Shown here piece after piece: positions 1 through 8,128 of a stretch of DNA of 32,000 bases. The notes under the pieces are model-generated. The model had not been told where the DNA came from, made no database searches, and saw only the letters and a list, made by a program, of their open reading frames with translations. The position numbers were made by a program, and so were the translations under genes. This DNA is from an uncultured delta proteobacterium (GTDB taxonomy: Bacteria > Myxococcota_A > Polyangia > Polyangiales > Polyangiaceae): positions 283,931 through 315,930 of the forward strand of contig CAWKKR010000001.1 in assembly GCA_963850305.1 (NCBI GenBank), given 5' to 3'. Positions within the stretch are counted from its first letter, which is position 1, and every line of letters begins with the position of its first letter.

Positions 1-530
1 CTCTCGTCTCCGAACGATACGGCGCAGATGTCGAGCGCGACGAGCTCGCTCACCCGAAGACCGCATCCATACAAGAGCTCCAGCATGGCGACGTCGCGGA
101 GCCGGTCCGGGGTCGTACCCAGATCTGGCGACGACGGCGCCTCCATCACTTGACCTGCAGTCTCGGCATTCAGGAATGCCGGCATCCGCCGCCTGACGCG
201 CGGCGTCCCAACGAGATCCGTGGGACTCTCCGCGAGCCTCCCATTTCGAACCAGATCCCGAAAGAAAGCGCGCGTGGCGGCGAGTTTCCTTGCGACGCTT
301 GCCGCGGAGCGGTCCTTCGCGAGATCGCCGAGCCAGCCGCGAATGACGAGCTTGGTGACGTCTTTCGGAGTCGCCGTACCTGACGTGACGCCTCGTGTGA
401 ATTCAGCCAGCTGACCGAGATCCCGCAAGTAAGCCTCGACAGTTCGCGGGGATGCACGTCGCTCGAGGAGCAGGTAGTCGCCGAACTCGGCCACGGCGCG
501 CCCGAGATCGTCCGGTCCTTTCGAGTCCAT
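1..530 (-). CDS. Tyrosine recombinase, XerC/XerD family (5' part only; gene runs past the window start)
   Basis: Absent from the ORF track because there is no stop in the window. Minus-strand ATG at 530 reads MDSKGPDDLGRAVAEFGDYLLLERRASPRTVEAYLRDLGQLAEFTRG...RDVAMLELLYGCGLRVSELVAL. This is the N-terminal SAM-like core-binding domain followed by the first catalytic Arg box (GLRVSE) typical of XerC/XerD. Confidence 0.85.
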   Translation of the reverse strand, partial: MDSKGPDDLGRAVAEFGDYLLLERRASPRTVEAYLRDLGQLAEFTRGVTSGTATPKDVTKLVIRGWLGDLAKDRSAASVARKLAATRAFFRDLVRNGRLAESPTDLVGTPRVRRRMPAFLNAETAGQVMEAPSSPDLGTTPDRLRDVAMLELLYGCGLRVSELVALDICAVSFGDE

Positions 531-540
531 GAGGTCAGCT

Positions 541-1173
541 TTACGCCCGGTAGACCGCCCAGGTAAAGCAAGCGACGCCCGCGAGGGCCACCAACCCCGA
601 AACCGCGAGTCCACGCAGGGAGATGCGACCGGTCCGGGACACCCCCCGAGTCGCAGCCAGACCGAGACCGCAGGCAAAGAGAGCAAAGCCCGCGGCCATC
701 GCCAAAACCCAGGGCGCGCGGGGCGCCTCGTCTCTAGCAAGCAATCCTGCCGCACGCGAGCGGGCCGCTCCGTCACCACCAGTTACCGAGAGGCGCGCGA
801 GGTTCGCGTTCGCTCGACCCAGATCGTCCGCACGCGGGGTGTCGAAGTGGCGTGTCTCCAGGGCGGCGGCGCGCACGGCACCCCACGCCTGGCGCGCGAG
901 GGCGACGTTGCCCGTCGCCTCGGCGCCTTCGGCGATTGCCTCGAGCCGGGCATAAGCCAAGAGGACGTGAGGGGCTCCCGGCGCGTACAGAACCGCGGCG
1001 CGACGCGCGTAGAGGATCGACTCTCGCAGATCGCCCCTGTCGAAGGCCGCGTTGCTCTTGTCGAGCGTCGCTTCTCCTTCGGCGATGACGTGGGCGGTGA
1101 GTGCAGCAAGGGTCAACACGCCGAGCAACAGGCCGAAGGCGGCGCGACGTAACCAGATCCCCGCTGGGCTCAT
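541..1173 (-). CDS. Hypothetical membrane protein (N-terminal TM/signal anchor, two C-terminal TM helices)
   Basis: 210-aa ORF in the track with hydrophobic N-terminus (AAFGLLLGVLTLAALTA) and C-terminal hydrophobic segments. Its ATG (1173..1171) overlaps the TGA (1172..1170) of the upstream permease as ATGA, which suggests translational coupling. No family recognised. Confidence 0.6.
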   Translation of the reverse strand: MSPAGIWLRRAAFGLLLGVLTLAALTAHVIAEGEATLDKSNAAFDRGDLRESILYARRAAVLYAPGAPHVLLAYARLEAIAEGAEATGNVALARQAWGAVRAAALETRHFDTPRADDLGRANANLARLSVTGGDGAARSRAAGLLARDEAPRAPWVLAMAAGFALFACGLGLAATRGVSRTGRISLRGLAVSGLVALAGVACFTWAVYRA

Positions 1174-2102
1174 AGGAAATCACGACGCCGAAAGACGAGA
1201 CTCGAGACGGCGAGGAGCCCCGCGCTCCACGCAATCGTCTGTACCATCGCGAGCAGCAGATAATGACCCAGGGAGACGTCCGCCGCCTCTCCCGTCAGCA
1301 GCGTCCTCGGGGGCACGTAGAGCATCAGGTTCGGCACGATCTTCGAAAGGGCGGAGGCGAGGGCGTGAATGGTTGGACCGAAATAACGCACTGGAAGTCG
1401 GGCGAGGGTGTCGGCAGAACGCCCGACGATGAACACGCCGAAAGTGAAGATCGCGGTGAGAAAAGGCGACGAGAATGACGCAAATACGGTCGCGATGCCG
1501 GTCACGATGGCCACTTCGCCCATTGCCAGAAGGGCCGCCCCGACGATGACTCGACGATCGTCCACGGCGCCGTGCGAAACGAACCACCCGAGACACCCTA
1601 GTGCGAGCGCCCACGGGATCGGTAGATAAGTGCGGGCCCGCGGCAAACGCCAGGCCAGGGCGACTGCAATGGCGACGCTCCCGAACAGAATCCCCAGGAC
1701 GACCGCGAAGGACGTCCCCGAGATCGCCCCGATCGCCAGGAGCAGCACCGCGGAATTGGCGGCAACGAACACGAGCAACGTGCACAGCGTGCCGAGGTAC
1801 TTGCCCACGAGATATTCCGTGCGCCGTATTGGTCGAGCCAGGATGGGGAAGATGGTCTTGAGTTCGAGCTCGCGGTGGAGCGACGTGGCGCCCAGAACGA
1901 TCGCGACGACGACACCGTAGAGCGAGACGCTCGCCGCTCCGAGATCGCTGACGACGCGCAACGAGCTCCTGAGTGCAAACTCTCCGACCACCAGGCAATA
2001 CGCCGCGGTGACGAGCGAGAGGGCGAACAGCCCGTGGAGCACGCGGGCCCGCACCGCCTCACGGTAAGTGTTCAAAGCGACGACGCCGATGCGAGTGAAC
2101 AT
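1170..2102 (-). CDS. ABC-2 type transporter permease (NosY/COG1277-like); no cognate ATPase gene in the window
   Basis: 310-aa ORF, polytopic (about 6 TM). N-terminus MFTRIGVVALNTYREAVRARVLHGLFALSLV is typical of ABC-2/NosY-like permeases. Third codon positions are G+C rich. Confidence 0.65.
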   Translation of the reverse strand: MFTRIGVVALNTYREAVRARVLHGLFALSLVTAAYCLVVGEFALRSSLRVVSDLGAASVSLYGVVVAIVLGATSLHRELELKTIFPILARPIRRTEYLVGKYLGTLCTLLVFVAANSAVLLLAIGAISGTSFAVVLGILFGSVAIAVALAWRLPRARTYLPIPWALALGCLGWFVSHGAVDDRRVIVGAALLAMGEVAIVTGIATVFASFSSPFLTAIFTFGVFIVGRSADTLARLPVRYFGPTIHALASALSKIVPNLMLYVPPRTLLTGEAADVSLGHYLLLAMVQTIAWSAGLLAVSSLVFRRRDFL

Positions 2103-2175
2103 GACGAGCGACCCGGAGATTACCGCGAAATGGGGCTCCGTCGACCTCGCAAAACAGCAAGTGTGTTGCCGCGCT

Positions 2176-4314
2176 TCACGGCGACACGACGTAAGCGTCG
2201 AGCTTCCACGCGCCCGAACTCTGGTCGTATCCGTCGACCTGAATCCAATAATCTCCCGGGGAGAGCGTCATGTCCACGTACGGACCATCGCGCACGTAGC
2301 CCGCCGAACAACCACCCACCACCTCCGTTCCCGGGCACGTCGTCCCGGAGCGAACATCGATGATGGCCGAGTACGCGCTCCCCTCGCCGCTCAAGACCAC
2401 GCGGCGTGTCGAGGCGAGGTGCAGGTGAAGCATCTGATCGGGAGATCCGCCTACCCCGCCGACGTCGCAACTCGCCGTGAAGTCATCGGTCGCGTTGGCG
2501 GTGTTACCCTCGAACAGGCCTCCTATCGACGGGATCTCCGTCGCGGTGGCGCAGGCGTCCGAGAACGGCACCAGCGTGGTTGGCGCGGGCAGTCGCACGA
2601 AGGCGGTGACGGTCGTCGGATCGGCGAGCGTCGTTTCGTCGATCACGCGGTACGAGCCCGCGGGGACGTCGCGTGCAGTCGCGCGAGCGAGGGTCGAGTC
2701 GCTCGATGCGCACGCCAGCAGGGGCAAGCTGCAAGCCGCGTCGGCGAGGCTCACCCATCCCTGGTCCGAGTCCGCGACGGTTTGAATCACCAGCACGTCC
2801 GACGCGGACGTCAGGGTGAGCGCGTAAGCCGCGTCGGGGGTGCCGACCGAGCAGCCAAGCTGGATGTCATCTACGTGGTCCGCGAGATCGACGACCATCG
2901 TCGTATCGGGCGGAAGCGTGGGGGAACCGACGCAGTTCTCATCGGCGGGTGGCGACGTCGGCGGCGCCGTCTCGAGGAGGACGTCCGTGTCGCTGGGCCC
3001 GGTCGACCCGACGTCCACGAAGTACTGCCCCGCGGGAAGTGCCCGCTCGAAGAGCATTGCGTTCGCGCTCGTGTGACAGTCGATTTCCTCGCCGCAGGTC
3101 CCGCCCCGGAGCGAGAGAACCGGGACTCCGTAGTCGTCCTTGGCCGTCGCGAAGAGACGAACGTCGCTCGGCGCGGTGAGCGTGAAGGTGTAAACGAGGT
3201 CGCCATAGATCGGGCCGCAAGCGGTCGCCAGATCCGGCAGAGCAGACGTCAGATCGGCGTCGGCATGTACACCTGGCGTGAGCGGGAGCGCCGTGCCACA
3301 CGTCTCGTTGGTCGGTGCACTCTCCGGGGCGACATAGTCGACGCTCAACGTCACCGAAGCGGCAGAGTCCGTGAATAGATAAACGGAATACGACCCCGGC
3401 GACAGTCCGCGAAGCCGAAGTCGTGCCACGCCTGCGGCTTCGGACCCGGAGCCGCACGCGAATTCGCTCGACGGATCCTCGCACCGGGTCACGGCGGCGA
3501 GCGCGAGATTGCCGCTGCCCGCGGCCACCAGGTCGACGTCCGTGACGGCGCCCTCTGGCACGTCAATCGTGACCACCAGAACCTTGGTTCGAGGGTTCGT
3601 CGCGGCGCAGCTCGCAGAATAGTCGAGGCTCGCCCCGACGGGCGACACGACGAACGTGCCGGGGGCCGTCACCACGAGCGGGCCGGCGCAGCTGTCGTAG
3701 AGTGGCGAGACGCAGGGCTGCTCGTCGATCTGTCCATTGCAGTTGTCGTCGATCCCGTTTCCGCAGATCTCCTTCGCTTTGCTCGAGACGTTCGGGTTCG
3801 CGTCATCGCAATCGCCGCCCCCGGGACAGTTCCCATCGGGATCGCCATCCCCGTCTGCGTCGCGAACAGTATGGGTGCACTGGTGCGTCGCTTCGACGCA
3901 CGCGTCGATGGTGCACGCCGTCCCGTCCGAACACGATACGGCGTCGCCTGGCCGGCACCCTATCCCCGAAAGACACCGTTCGATGCCGTCGCAATAGATT
4001 CCGTCGTCGCAGGCGGCATCGTCCGGCGAGAAATGACAATGTCCCCGGATGGGATCGCACACGTCGTGAGTGCAGGCGATGGTGTCGTCACATTCACCGT
4101 CGTCCAGGCACGGACCGCCCCATTCAGCCGCGTTCCCGGCGTCGATCTCGCCGGCGTCCGCGATGACCGTTCCACCGGAGTCGGGCACCACCGGGGTGAT
4201 CGTCGAGCGCTCGGCCTCAGCATCTCGGACCGACACGAACGGGCTCGAGGAATCCGAGTGGCCGCACCCCGAGACGGACGCGAGCAGCAAAAGCCCGATC
4301 GGAGTGATTCGCAC
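2176..4314 (-). CDS. Secreted lipoprotein: cysteine-rich repeat/metal-binding-motif region followed by four tandem ~120-aa PPC-like (pre-peptidase C-terminal type) beta domains
   Basis: The track ORF 2176..4689 has an Arg-rich, implausible N-terminus. A GTG at 4314 gives VRITPIGLLLLASVSGC, a signal peptide with lipobox VSG|C. Residues encoded at about 3709..4113 are Cys/Asp rich (CDDTIACTHDVCDP...CDDGIYCDG...DADGDGDPDGNCPGGGDCDD...CGNGIDDNCNGQIDE), resembling the Myxococcus cysteine-rich repeat plus MopE-like motif. Four related modules follow (C-x-A/T...SC...D.VY.F.L...V...LR...C...C...L.PG.Y.V). The start codon is uncertain. Confidence 0.75.
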   Translation of the reverse strand: MRITPIGLLLLASVSGCGHSDSSSPFVSVRDAEAERSTITPVVPDSGGTVIADAGEIDAGNAAEWGGPCLDDGECDDTIACTHDVCDPIRGHCHFSPDDAACDDGIYCDGIERCLSGIGCRPGDAVSCSDGTACTIDACVEATHQCTHTVRDADGDGDPDGNCPGGGDCDDANPNVSSKAKEICGNGIDDNCNGQIDEQPCVSPLYDSCAGPLVVTAPGTFVVSPVGASLDYSASCAATNPRTKVLVVTIDVPEGAVTDVDLVAAGSGNLALAAVTRCEDPSSEFACGSGSEAAGVARLRLRGLSPGSYSVYLFTDSAASVTLSVDYVAPESAPTNETCGTALPLTPGVHADADLTSALPDLATACGPIYGDLVYTFTLTAPSDVRLFATAKDDYGVPVLSLRGGTCGEEIDCHTSANAMLFERALPAGQYFVDVGSTGPSDTDVLLETAPPTSPPADENCVGSPTLPPDTTMVVDLADHVDDIQLGCSVGTPDAAYALTLTSASDVLVIQTVADSDQGWVSLADAACSLPLLACASSDSTLARATARDVPAGSYRVIDETTLADPTTVTAFVRLPAPTTLVPFSDACATATEIPSIGGLFEGNTANATDDFTASCDVGGVGGSPDQMLHLHLASTRRVVLSGEGSAYSAIIDVRSGTTCPGTEVVGGCSAGYVRDGPYVDMTLSPGDYWIQVDGYDQSSGAWKLDAYVVSP

Positions 4315-4501
4315 GGTCGAAGAACCTATGCGGGACAGTCGGTGCTTCGGCAAGGACAAGGGAACGCGGGGGGCGGGCGATAGCGAAGGCGCCAAGGAAA
4401 GAGCCCTGCCTGGCCGTGGCGGGCGGAGGACGAGAACCCGGTCGAGATTAAAACTTTGGCGGGCGCGCGCCGGAAAATGGCATATTGAGAAGGTCGTGAC
4501 G

Positions 4502-5851
4502 ATGGGACGCCTCACTCGCCAGGAGCTTGGATGGCTCCTTGCACAGGAGGCGCGAGGGGCCGCGCGAATCCTGCGGCAGGACGTGACGCTTCGGTCACAG
4601 CCTCCGCCCTTGGCGGACATCGCGCCCGCTATGTCGTCCGAGTCCGATCTCCGGGTGGAGACGACGCTGAATGTTCTGGACGATGCCATCGGGATGTTGA
4701 GCGAACTCGAGGGGGGGCCGGCGAGCCGCGCTCAGTCCCGGCGCGGCCGGATCGATCTAGCGGCGCTGCTCTGGGAATTCGCGCCCATCGCAAGTATTTC
4801 GATCGAGCCGGGCGCCGGAACGGAAGTGTTCGGAGAGGAGGGTGAACTGCGGCGCATGCTGCACGTCCTCGTGAGTCAGACTCACTTCGGCAGCACTCAC
4901 GATGCCGCCGTGGCGCCCGTGCGGATTCGAAGGCAAGCGGACTGGATCCGCATCAGCGTGAACCTCGGACCCGACGTATCCGCCAACACGGATCTCGAGC
5001 GCAGATGGCTGAGCCGGATGGCGACGCGGATGGGCGGTCGTCTCGAACTCGAGGGCGGCACGATGTCGCTGATCTTGCCCGCCGACGCCTCGAACGATCA
5101 GAGCGAGGTCGCGGACCTTCGGAAGGAGTTGGTTCAGGCGCAGCAGCTCGGGGAAGCGTACGCTCGAGAGCTTGCGACGGCCTTCGCCGCCGGGCAGACA
5201 CCGGAGCCCGAGGTCGTTCGGGATCATCGCGACGTGGGCCTCCGCCGCTTCGAGCTGCTCGTATCGCTGGCTTCGGCTCTGCATCGCTCGCTCGCGCCCA
5301 TTTTTCACGCTCTCGAGGGTGACGCCCGGACGAACCCGGGGCCTCTCGCAACAGGGTTTGCTCTCCTCGGCGAGCTCGGTCGAATCGCGAGTTGCCCGAC
5401 GACCGAGACACCGGAACGCGTGGACGTCGCGCGGACGGCGCGAGAGGTCGCCACCGACGCCGAAGCGCGGGCGTCGCGTCACGACGTGACGTTCCAGTTG
5501 ACGACCCCCGCCCAGCTCTCGATCGCGTCGCGACCGCGCGCACTCTCGCTTCTGCTCCGAGCGCTGCTGGAGCACGCGATCGCCGCGACGCCAAAGGGCG
5601 GAACGGTTCGGATGTTCGTCACGGACGAGAACGGCGCGGTGAAAGTTGCCGTGGCTGACGGCGGACCGGCGGTCCCGAGCGCGGCGTCCGCCGACCTCCT
5701 GGAGCACCGGATCGACCCTGCCTCCCTCGGGCGGCCGCCGGGTTTCGGCTTGCTCGTAGCCCAGGTTTCCGCGACGTACCTCGGGTTCATCGTGGAGTTC
5801 GCCGACAGCGCCGAAGCGACCACGGCGGTCGTCCGTCTGCGACCACTCTGA
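4502..5851 (+). CDS. Atypical histidine-kinase-like protein with two degenerate DHp/HATPase_c-like modules
   Basis: ATG 4502 is preceded by GAGAAGG (4486..4492), and the upstream part of track ORF 4070.. overlaps the divergent lipoprotein gene. The C-terminal half carries an H-box-like ALHRSLAPI, then LLRALLEHAIAATPKGGTVRM (His where the N-box Asn is expected), VADGGPAV (G1-like) and PPGFGLLVAQ (G2-like). The N-terminal half repeats a weaker version (LRRMLHVLVSQT...GGRLELEGG). Confidence 0.7.
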   Translation: MGRLTRQELGWLLAQEARGAARILRQDVTLRSQPPPLADIAPAMSSESDLRVETTLNVLDDAIGMLSELEGGPASRAQSRRGRIDLAALLWEFAPIASISIEPGAGTEVFGEEGELRRMLHVLVSQTHFGSTHDAAVAPVRIRRQADWIRISVNLGPDVSANTDLERRWLSRMATRMGGRLELEGGTMSLILPADASNDQSEVADLRKELVQAQQLGEAYARELATAFAAGQTPEPEVVRDHRDVGLRRFELLVSLASALHRSLAPIFHALEGDARTNPGPLATGFALLGELGRIASCPTTETPERVDVARTAREVATDAEARASRHDVTFQLTTPAQLSIASRPRALSLLLRALLEHAIAATPKGGTVRMFVTDENGAVKVAVADGGPAVPSAASADLLEHRIDPASLGRPPGFGLLVAQVSATYLGFIVEFADSAEATTAVVRLRPL

Positions 5852-5938
5852 GGGCCGCCTTCCGAGCAGCCCCAGCGCGGGGACCCCGCAGATCGCGGAG
5901 GACCGAGACGCACGGTCCCGGACGATGCTAACCTGAGA

Positions 5939-6328
5939 GTGATGCGGATTCTCGTGGTCGAAGACCAGGACTCAATCCGGCGGATGATCGAGGCGCTCGT
6001 GGGTGCCCGCGGCTACCAGGTCACCGCCGTCAGCACCGGAACCAAGGCGATCGACGTCGCGTTGACGGACCCGCCGGACATGGTGTTGCTCGATCTCATG
6101 ATCCCGGGTTACGACGGCTTCGAAGTTTGCCGCCGACTTCGTGGTGACCCCGCGACGCAGATGGTTCCCGTCTTGATCATCAGCGCCCTGGACGATGCCG
6201 AATCGCGAGCAAAGGCGGCGGAAGCCGGAGCCACCGCGTATTACACGAAGCCTTTCAGCCCGATGGCGCTGCTCAAGGAAATTGACCGCCTGACGGAAGG
6301 GCGCAGCCCGGACAAGCGCACAGTCTAG
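5939..6328 (+). CDS. Single-domain response regulator (CheY-like receiver)
   Basis: RILVVEDQDSIRRMI...DMVLLDLMIPGYDGFEVCRRLR...PVLIISAL...YYTKPFSP shows the acidic pocket, phospho-acceptor Asp and conserved Lys (KPF). The start is GTG 5939 or ATG 5942. Confidence 0.9.
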   Translation: MMRILVVEDQDSIRRMIEALVGARGYQVTAVSTGTKAIDVALTDPPDMVLLDLMIPGYDGFEVCRRLRGDPATQMVPVLIISALDDAESRAKAAEAGATAYYTKPFSPMALLKEIDRLTEGRSPDKRTV

Positions 6329-6714
6329 ACGCGCGGGCCGGCTAGCATTGCCTTGGCCCGGTGCTCGGCGGCTTCGATGATGCCTTTGGCTTCGACGTCG
6401 GGGATACGTAGCTTCTTGCACAACCCATCGAGCATCTTTCTCTCTGCTTCCCCGAAGTCACCGTCCGCGTTCGCGATGAGAACGGCGTGCTGCAGCAACA
6501 CCCGCCGGTCGTCATAGCTGAGCTCCGTGACGGGAACGTCGTCGAGGGTACGCTCCGTGGAAGCATACACGCGGATCTCGTGCCGCTCGCTAGCGGTGGC
6601 GTCGAATGCCTGGAGCAGCGCTTCGATGACCTCGCTCTCCGCCTCCGCAACGTGACCGTCCGCCCACGCAACGGTCACCAGGCCCTTGATCATTGCCAAA
6701 TCCTGATCGTGCAT
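6325..6714 (-). CDS. TerB-like (tellurite-resistance TerB / DjlA N-terminal type) domain protein
   Basis: 129 aa with two repeats of the TerB-type helical motif (AWADGHVAEAESEVIEALL... and IANADGDFGEAERKMLDGLCKKL). Its stop overlaps the convergent response-regulator stop within TCTAGA (6324..6329). Confidence 0.6.
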   Translation of the reverse strand: MHDQDLAMIKGLVTVAWADGHVAEAESEVIEALLQAFDATASERHEIRVYASTERTLDDVPVTELSYDDRRVLLQHAVLIANADGDFGEAERKMLDGLCKKLRIPDVEAKGIIEAAEHRAKAMLAGPRV

Positions 6715-6745
6715 GGCGTCGACGGTCCCACACTCTCGTCGGGTG

Positions 6746-7999
6746 TCAACGAGGGAGCGTTGCCCCAGCCACGCCGGGGAGAGACGACGGTGGCTCAGGC
6801 GTCGCTCCGACCTCCGCCATCCGCTTCAATTCTCGGGAAAGCTCCAGCAACGTCCGGGACTCGGCCACCTCGAAGCCTGCTACCAGCGCCGCTACGTCGC
6901 TCTTCCGCGGCCGGTACGGCGGGCATGGCTCCTGGGCGACCACGGCGAGCGCCTCCGCCAACGGCAGGCATGGCTCCTGGGCGACCACGGCGAGCGCCTC
7001 CGCCAACGGCAGGCATGGCTCCTGGGCGACCACGGCGAGCGCCTCCGCCGACGAAGGACCCTCTGGCTCCACCGCGGCGGGGAAGAACGCCACATTCCCC
7101 GCCTGCGCCCGCGGTACCTCCGTGTTCGACAGGTCGGGATACGCAATCGCGGGGTCCGCGCTCACGACACCGGAGGTAACGAGCGACGAGCACTCCGTCG
7201 TTGCGGGAATGAACGCGGGCTCCGCTGCCGTCTCACCATCGGCGACAAGGTCGGGTGCCGGCGTCACGTCGAACTCGACCGGCACTGCCCGGTCGGTGTC
7301 GTGCTCCGCGGGCTCGAGCACGACCAGCGCGGACGGAACCAGGGGCGCGACGGTCGTCCATGTGCCGAGAAACGGCGTCGCATCAACCCTCCCGGCGACC
7401 CACATCGGCTCGGACACGTGCTCCGGGACCTGCTGCCGCGGCTCGAAGGACGCCAACGCCGGCACGATTGGCGTCAGCGTCGCCTGCTCCGGTGCGAGAA
7501 CCGCCGGCGGTTGGTTCGCGGGCGCGCGGACCGGCGGCGGAGAGACGACCTCGCGCGTCGGTTCGGCGACAGGTTGCTCGGATAGCTTTCCGGAAGCCTT
7601 CGCGCGGACCGCGTCGCGATGCAGTCGCGAAAGGGCCCGGCGGGCAGCCGCACGATTCACGGGAATGAGAGCCGCCTCGATCTCACCCGAAAGTCGGAGG
7701 AGCCCGCGTGGCTCTTTGGCGTCCGCGGCGCGCTGGAGCGCGGGTACCCGAACCGATGACAGCCCGAGAAGCTGCGCGAGAAGGGCGCGGAGATCGGCCT
7801 CGAGCTCGGCCGCTGACCCCTCCCCGAGGCGCTCGACGGTGACGGATCCATCCTCACCGACGAGCACGGCACCCAGGCGGCCCATCGACCCGGCGAGCTG
7901 GTCAGCGGCCGCAAGCACGAAGTAGCCCGCTGTCTCCGCCGTCACCGCGGCCAGCCCCGCACAGGCGGCGTTCGATAAATCCTTGACCGTGACCCGCAT
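6746..7999 (-). CDS. Hypothetical Pro/Ala-rich protein containing three tandem 15-aa repeats (AEALAVVAQEPCLPL)
   Basis: ATG 7999 is preceded by GGAGGTG about 10 nt upstream. High GC3 on this strand, whereas the plus-strand ORF 6693..7925 is Ser/Arg/Thr-rich junk. No family recognised; the N-terminal ~130 aa faintly resemble a degenerate kinase C-lobe. Probably co-transcribed with the TerB-like gene (31-nt gap). Confidence 0.7.
   Translation of the reverse strand: MRVTVKDLSNAACAGLAAVTAETAGYFVLAAADQLAGSMGRLGAVLVGEDGSVTVERLGEGSAAELEADLRALLAQLLGLSSVRVPALQRAADAKEPRGLLRLSGEIEAALIPVNRAAARRALSRLHRDAVRAKASGKLSEQPVAEPTREVVSPPPVRAPANQPPAVLAPEQATLTPIVPALASFEPRQQVPEHVSEPMWVAGRVDATPFLGTWTTVAPLVPSALVVLEPAEHDTDRAVPVEFDVTPAPDLVADGETAAEPAFIPATTECSSLVTSGVVSADPAIAYPDLSNTEVPRAQAGNVAFFPAAVEPEGPSSAEALAVVAQEPCLPLAEALAVVAQEPCLPLAEALAVVAQEPCPPYRPRKSDVAALVAGFEVAESRTLLELSRELKRMAEVGATPEPPSSLPGVAGATLPR
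6922..7049. repeat. Perfect 45-bp direct tandem repeat, about 2.85 copies, in frame within CDS 6746..7999
   Basis: GGCATGGCTCCTGGGCGACCACGGCGAGCGCCTCCGCCAACGGCA occurs at 6922..6966 and 6967..7011 (identical). A third copy at 7012..7049 diverges after GCCTCCGCC. Confidence 0.95.
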
Positions 8000-8128
8000 G
8001 ACGCTGCGCCCACCTCCATAACGACACGGAGCCCGTCCGGGCAAACACCTTGCGGAACCGCCCGGACGCGGCACCCGGGTCCCCTGTTGTTCAACGCGGA
8101 GGGGCGCACCTTGCTATAGTCCCGCGCG

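Noticed and set aside
1-530. XerC/XerD-like recombinase as a marker of an integrated mobile element
   Set aside because: There is no tRNA target, flanking direct repeat, or phage, conjugation or cargo gene in the visible part. It sits at the end of an operon with a 10-nt gap. The region upstream of the window is unseen, so this cannot be fully excluded.
2068-4383. Plus-strand ORFs of 436, 154 and 170 aa
   Set aside because: They lie antisense or out of frame to the lipoprotein gene and are extremely Arg-rich. The minus frame carries the lipobox, the Cys-repeat logic and the four-fold domain periodicity.
4315-4689. N-terminal extensions of track ORFs (for example 4689 for the lipoprotein, 4070 for the kinase-like gene, 8074, 18769, 16287, 20121, 10137, 10562, 13589)
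   Set aside because: The extended parts are Arg-rich, overlap neighbouring genes or divergent promoters, and hide internal starts that give canonical N-termini (signal peptide, [25 protein letters not shown] and so on).
6922-7049. Could the 45-bp direct repeats be a CRISPR array or an att/IS feature?
   Set aside because: The copies are directly adjacent with no spacers, lie in frame within a CDS, and have no cas or transposase genes nearby.
6693-7925. 410-aa plus-strand ORF, and 6713..7585
   Set aside because: They oppose the 6746..7999 gene. The minus frame has a GGAGGTG ribosome-binding site, high GC3 and ordinary composition, whereas the plus frames are Ser/Thr/Arg/Ala low-complexity.
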